From contig NC_135811.1 in NCBI RefSeq assembly GCF_964213995.1, forward strand, positions 44,144,001-44,208,000: a stretch of DNA of 64,000 nt, written 5' to 3'. The notes under the pieces are model-generated. The model did no database searches, was not told the DNA's origin, and was given only the letters and a program-made list of their open reading frames with translations. Positions 57,610 through 64,000 of the stretch are shown here, one piece after another. The position numbers were made by a program, and so were the translations under genes. Within the stretch, counting starts at the first letter, position 1. Every line of letters begins with the position of its first letter. Origin of the DNA: Mustelus asterias. Lineage: Eukaryota.

Positions 57610-58860
57610 GGCTGCATTTATACAGCATCTTTTAATGTTGTAAAACCTCCCAAGGCAAATCAGAAGCATTATCAAACATAATTTGCCACCAAGTCACATA
57701 AGGCAATATTAGGACAGGCAACTAAAAGTTTCATCAAAGATGCAGATTTGAAGGCGGACAGACAGGAGAAAATTAGGGAAGTAATTCTGGAGTCCCATGC
57801 ACAGGCAGCTGGAGGAACCTCACAGCGTCAGGGACCTGGGTTCAATTCCGACCTTGGGTCACTGTCTGTGTGGACTTTGCGCGTTCTCCCCGTGTCTACA
57901 TGAGTTTCCTCTGGGTGCTCCGGTTTCCTCCCACAGTCCAAAAATGTGCAAGTTAGGTGGATTGGTTATGCTAAACTGCCCCTTAGTATTAGAGGGATTG
58001 GCAGGGTAAATACGTGGGGTTACAAGGATAGGGTATGGTTGGGATTGTTGTCAATGCAGACTCAATGGGTCGAATGGCCTTCTTCTGCACCATAGGGATT
58101 CTATGATTCTATGAACATCTGCCTATGGTGCAACAATCAACATCAGGAATGAGGGCAGAATTAGAGGAGCTCAGAGGCCTGCGTGAATTATAGAGGAGGA
58201 TGTGTTTAAATAGATAGGAAGCTGTGAGACCCTGGAGGGATTTGAAATGAGGATGAGAAATTTAAATTTGACGTGTTGCTATTTTGGGCAGCACTGGAGA
58301 CTAGGAAGCATGGTGGTTATCGGTGAAGTGATATGAGTTAGGATATGTGCAGCAGAGTTTTGGATGAATTCCAATCTATGGAGAGGAATTGTCCAGAAGA
58401 GCATTGGAGTAGTAAAATCTCTGAGGGATTTTGCAAAGGGTGAATTGAGGCAGAGGAAGAAATGGGTACAGTCACAGAGGTGACTAGAGGTGCTCTTGAT
58501 GACAAAACCGATAAATCGTCAGAAGCTCATTTCAGGGTCATTTGGGACAATAAGGTTATAATGCCTAGTTTGCGAATGACCTCCAGCAGAAGGAAATGGA
58601 TGGGTTAGTGGCTGGATAGCAGAGTTTGTGGCAACACCAAAGGCAATGGTTTTGATCTTCACAATATTTCATTGGAGGAAGTTTCTCCTAATCCAAGAGT
58701 GCATGTTGGACAAACAGCAAAACAAATCAGTGATGGTGCAGGATTGAGAGAGGTCGGGGTGAGGGAGAGCTGAGGGTAATAAGTCTACGGGTGAAAATTG
58801 CTATGTTTTCAGATGATGGTACTGAGGAGAGGCATCTGCATTAGAAATAGGAGATAAGAA
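57610..58860 (-). mobile_element. Ancient L2-like LINE remnant with an HE1 (~57817-58113, +) inserted
   Basis: L2-type tail near 57610-57660; degenerate FH.YADD.QL-like segment near 58760-58800. Confidence 0.45.
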
Positions 58861-58865
58861 ATCCA

Positions 58866-59174
58866 TGTTTCTTCAGAAGGAGCTCTCCAAATGCAGATAA
58901 TGAAAATATAACAAAACTTACTCCAACTTATAAATCAAAGAAAGGGTTTAATAAAGAAACTTCATTACTCCACACTTGAGGCCTCACCCTGGGCCCACTC
59001 CAAAATCAACACAATGCCATACAGGTCTTTATTTATAGTGAGTCCGCTGGTCAGCTGACTATCACATCATTCTGTAATTGGTTCCATGGTTTACTGGGTC
59101 AGCTGACCCTTACAGCTTGTTACCATTGGTCACATTACATCCAAGACAAAGTTATCACCGGTTACATTCTAACA
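58866..59174 (-). mobile_element. Solo LTR, family B (TG..CA, 309 bp), 5-bp TSD ATCCA
   Basis: ATCCA at 58861-58865 and 59175-59179. Confidence 0.75.
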
Positions 59175-59499
59175 ATCCAGACAGCCGAGATAACTAAACT
59201 TTGTGTATGAGATTAGTATGATTTTCCAGTCATTTATATTAATGACGCAGTGTACTCCCAAATCTCCACTATCTGCTGTCAATGAGTGAGGTGTTCTCAT
59301 TTCTATACTGGGTTCTCACGTAAGGATTTAAAGGAATAATTGTGGTGACTGAAGGACGAGCTAAAGATAGGAGAGAGACCTGTCATTGACAAAGTGAGGT
59401 CAGCGGTGTTACGAGCTGCCAAAGACATGTGATTCCAAGCATCTTTTATCATAAACACAAGGTGCAAAGTAGGGTTCCCTGCATAGTGTTCTAACCGCT

Positions 59500-59790
59500 C
59501 TCTTAGAACATATCACTTACTGCAATGTGCACAAATTAAAATAAACGTGTTTGAAGCACAAATTCAGCTGAAAGGCTATAATGTCGTCACCTCTGCAGGA
59601 AGTTGGCTACAAGTTGGGCATAGTTGGCAGCTGAATACTCCGGGATATCGGATCTTCAGAAAGGATGGAGAAAATGGGGAAAGAGGAGGAGGAGCAATAT
59701 TGATAAAATACCCAATTACCACAGCAGGAAGAAGGGATTTCAGTGAAGGTAAATCAGGCTGTGGAAGCACCTTGGTTGAACGACAGAACA
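59500..59790 (+). mobile_element. CR1-type AP-endonuclease N-terminal remnant
   Basis: SWLQ..HSWQLNTPGYRIFRKD..GERGGGAILIK. Confidence 0.65.
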
Positions 59791-60697
59791 GCTGAGAATG
59801 CAAGAGTCTGTCGAGAGTTAGCTATAATTCTCTTGGATCTTACAGCCATCAGGCACAGTAAAGTTTTATCTCTTCAACTTATCCATTTCGAGGCTGGGTT
59901 ACACAACGCTAAAGTATTCCTCTTTAAATTTGAAATGCAAAGCCATTTACAATATGAATCTGAAATTATGGTATATTGATTTTTAAATTTTGATTTCAAC
60001 CATTCATGTGAAGCCATATCAAAGTCCAATTTGTTCCTAATTTAATCAGTACACTATGTCCCAGCAATATGCAGCGATATGTGCATGTCTGGTTAGATAC
60101 AATGATTTCTTTATCCCAGTCTAATCAGGCAATGTATGTTTAAATAGCAGTGTTTTAAAAAATATTCTTTCATAAGATGTGGGCACCGCTGGCTAGGCCA
60201 GTATTTATCTCCATTCCTCATTGCCCTTGTCACCCACATCCTTGAAAAGCTGCATTCCCCGTAGTGTAGGAACACCCACTATGCTGTCATGGAGGACGTT
60301 CCATGACTGGCTCAGGGACAATGAAGGAATGACGAAATAGTCAGGACGCTGTGTGGCTTGGAGGGAAACTTGCAAGTGGCTCTGTTCCTTTTTAGCTGCC
60401 CTTCTCTTTCTAGTGTAGTGCTCATGGGTTTGGAAGGTGGCGTTGAAGGAGCCTTAGTGAGTTGCTGCAGTGCATCTTGTGGATTATAGACACTACTGAA
60501 ACGGTGCATTGGTGGTGAAGGAACAAATGTTTAAGACGGTGGACACGGTGCCAAATTCCAAGGACAAGGGGGTGTCTGGGCTCAGTATCGTAAATAGAGT
60601 TTCTTGACATCCAGACTGTGAAGCCAGAGCCACAGATCTGAAAGACCAGCATTGAAAAGAATTCAGAGCTGTCAACCTATCCGTTCCAATTTTTTTT

Positions 60698-60821
60698 AAG
60701 ATGTGGAGTTCCCGGCGTTGGACTGGGATGGGCACAGTAAGTAGTCTCACAACACCAGGTTAAAGTCCAACAGGTTTATTTGGTAGCACGAGCTTTTGGA
60801 GCGCAACTCCTTCATCAGGTG
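60698..60821 (-). mobile_element. Penelope-like 3' end with mutated hammerhead (GAAA to AAAA)
   Basis: Same family as 7560-7682. Confidence 0.75.
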
Positions 60822-61839
60822 GGCACTGCTGGCTGGGCCAATATTTATCTCCATTCCTAATTGCCCTTGTCACTCACATCTTGAAAGGCTGCATTCCCCG
60901 TAGTGTAGGAATACCTTTTTTAATACCTATCTTTCAGGTCAGTTGCTGCTTCCAAACTTCGGGCAGCTCCGTGATTCCAATTTTTGTTTTGAACAGCCGC
61001 CAGGAAACTACAAAGTTGCCTAAAGTTTAGCAGCAGCAGTTCCTAATCGCAGCAAGTGTCACGAGAGTGCTTTTGGTTGGAATTCTAGTCTGAAAATAGT
61101 GAGTGAAATCCCCCAAAACATTTTAGAATTAATTGGATGCTTTGGGGGTGGGGCGTAGGGAGGGGTCACTTCTTTTAAGGTTTGGTACCACAAAATTAAA
61201 TGCTCTTACACTTCTCAAATGTCTTTTCTGAATTCAAACCAATATATAACTCCAAATTTCCATTATCATTCCCCTTCCCGCAGAAGCCATCACAGAAATG
61301 ATGTTGTACACTGTGAATTTACAGTTTATCCTCATAAGTTCCATAAAACTTGCATTGTACTTGTACTAAATAAATGTGCAAACAGTATTTCAAACTGACA
61401 AGACTCCAGTCAATGGAAAAGACTCTTGAGAATGATGTGCAGTGTGAAACAGGTTACTGATTCACCACAAGCCCATTAAACACTCATGTCCTGGCAATTT
61501 CTCCCCCAAAGCCTCCTCACGGCAAACTTCCACTAGCCACAAAATGAACAGAACACCAGCCATGACCTCTTCTTCGAAAGGTAATTTTGGATGTTAAAGG
61601 CCATCTCGCCTGGCTCATCTCATCCATCCAGAATAACGTACAAACACAGGAACATACATGTTGGGAGCAGGATTGGACATACGACCCCTCACACCTGCTC
61701 TGCCATTTAGGAACATTATCTGCATTATAACAGTGACTACAACTCAAAAGTATTTAATTAGCTGTAAATCAATTTGGGACATCGTGAAAGGTGTTCTATA
61801 AATGTAGGCTTTGTCTTTCTTTCATGGAATCTACAAGCA

Positions 61840-62350
61840 CACAACCTCCCATACACTGACTCCATCAACACTTCCCACAGCCTCGGAAAAGCAGCCAGCA
61901 TAATCAAGGACTCCATGCATCCTGGACATACTCTCTTCCACCTTCTTCCGTCGGGAAAGAGATACAAAAGTTTGAGGTCACATACCAACCGACTCAAGAA
62001 CAGCTTCTTCCCTGCTGCCATCAGACTTTTGAATGGACCTACTATATATTAAGCTGATCTTTTTCTACACTCTAGCTATGACTGTAACACTCTGGGTGGA
62101 ATTTTCCCGTCCCGCCCCGCCACAGGAATCGTAGTGGGTGAGACACGAACCATGCAAAGGTCCGTTTACTTCAGGCAGGATTTTCAGCCCTTGGGGCGAG
62201 TGTGGCTGGAAAATCCCGCCCTTATTCCACATCCTCTCCCTTCCTTCTCCCCTATGTACTCTATGAATGGTATGTTTTGTCTGTATTGTGTGCAAGGAAA
62301 AATACTTCTCACTATATCCCAATACATGACAATAATAAATCAAATCAAAT
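61840..62350 (+). mobile_element. Rex1/Babar-like LINE 3' end with a MITE inserted
   Basis: KAASIIKDSMHPGHTLFHLLPSGKRYKSLRSHTNRLKNSFFPAAIRLLN; (AAATC)n tail. Confidence 0.8.
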
Positions 62351-64000
62351 TAAATCATTGGATAAAGTGACTGTAGCAATGATGAATTTGGAAGCTCGAT
62401 GCTGATGCTCTGCAGATGATTAATCACAGAGCAATCAAGTGATGCTAGGAAAGTGAGTACAAAAAAAACATTACGGGTGGGACTTTATGGCCTCACTCAT
62501 CCCAAAACTGTAAAATCCTGCCCGAGGTCAATGGACATTTCCAAGGTCCGCCCCTCGCCCGCTCCAATTCCCGTGGTGGGCAGGACGGTAAAATTCCAGC
62601 TTAAATTTACACAACAATTCAACTCTGTAGCTAATACAACTTTACCATTCTGACTTCTCTGATGCCAACCCACAATATACCATAAATGTATTTGCCCCTT
62701 TTAAACAAATGACCCTCTCCCCAGGATTTATCAATTGGACATGTACCAGCAGCTCAGTAAAAAATGTAAATTGAATTGTTGAGTTTTTCAGAGAAGAATG
62801 GTGCATAGTTTAAAAATTCAGTACGGCCTTAACTCAAGAATTAGGTTGTTGCCCCTCCCTCCCAGAAGCTGTCGTTCAAATTGTGCTGTCCAGCCTATCC
62901 TCACATATCATTTTTCATTACATTTGTATTGAATAAATACGCAAATGATACTTTTTAAAAATCTAAAAACAGGCAAATTAAGTGGAAAAATTGAATGATT
63001 AAATAAGGAACTCCCAACAGCAGGAAAAACGAGTGAGACAGCAAACTGCCAAGAGAAATCATTTCTAGAAGCAGTTCAGTCGAAAGATTGGGTTTCTATA
63101 AAGGTGACATTTGGCTAAAGTCCTTTCTGCTGTTTCTCTGAGATTTTAATGGATTGTTTTTGTGAAAGTTACAATGGATGATCGGGAGAATCCTCACCCT
63201 GTCCCGCTCACAAACTTTTAGCCCCACAGTGTAATCATCTCCTGCTAGATTTTAAATAGCGTGGTGCTGTGGCATGAACCTAGGATGTCTCCGGGAGACA
63301 AATGGGGATATAATTCTTAGATTTTACAAGAGAAATAAAATGGGCACCTTCCCTTGTATGAAATCCTTATATTGAATGATCTCATACACCGAGGCAGGAG
63401 GAAGTCTTACACTTCACCTACAGATTGGAAAAGAACTTGTGCAGTTTATCGAAGTTGTAAGCATTGAATCCCACATCACCAACCCTCATAGGAAAGTATT
63501 GCCAGTGTCCATGTGGTGCAATGTGCAAAACATTTGAATGGAACGTGAGTATGAACTATGCCTATTAGTAGCACCTATCCCTGCCTCAGAGGGTCATTGT
63601 GTCCTCTAACATTCCTGAGAGTCATGCTCGTCAAACTGATTCGCCATCATGAGTTAACAATGTCAGTGGTCACATTGTCAAAGTCAAGGGGAGGGGTGAA
63701 AACTCATGTACCAAGGATTAAAGGTGGGTCCAGGAAATCAAGAGAGAGAATGTGTAAGCATAATAAGTGGAACCCAGCACCTGCCACAGCAGATCTAATA
63801 GCCCTCAGTATTCACATAGGTGTCCAGTTGACCCTGCGTATGAAGAATGGGCGGCCATTGAAACAGCCTGTCAGAATCCCCTGTGATGCAGAGATCAAGG
63901 GAGGGAACAGCCAGATGAGAGGCTACAGGCAATTCTGATGGGGCGAGGGCAGTGTCCGGGGTCAGTCATGTGATGAAGTTGAAAGAGCAACAGACATGTG

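Noticed and set aside
63420-64000. 126-aa ORF (63558-63938) as an upstream DNTT exon or another gene
   Set aside because: Wrong strand for DNTT and no recognisable domain; the expected YACQR-containing exon was not seen in 55630-64000.

Overview
Vertebrate genomic DNA, almost certainly from a shark: it carries HE1-type tRNA SINEs, CR1/HER1 LINEs, a Deu-type SINE and Penelope-like elements. The only host gene I can support is DNTT (terminal deoxynucleotidyl transferase) on the minus strand. Four consecutive coding exons are present (171, 72, 124 and 133 nt, canonical AG/GT, in phase). I could not find the next exon, so the intron after the 133-nt exon appears to exceed 41 kb. The rest is intronic and TE-rich. 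Highlights: (1) A young, nearly intact Ty3/Gypsy element (34358-39067; 316-bp LTRs differing at 3 sites; CTCTA TSD). It has no tRNA primer-binding site; instead a 15-nt sequence there is perfectly complementary to the poly(A)-signal region of its own LTR (candidate self-priming and/or poly(A) occlusion). Its RT motif reads YLDN rather than YxDD. (2) Several Penelope-like element ends carry minimal hammerhead ribozymes with compensatory stem I changes between copies. (3) The young Gypsy sits in a multi-layer nest inside an old LTR element. Family assignments come from motif recognition by eye; boundaries of old repeats are approximate.
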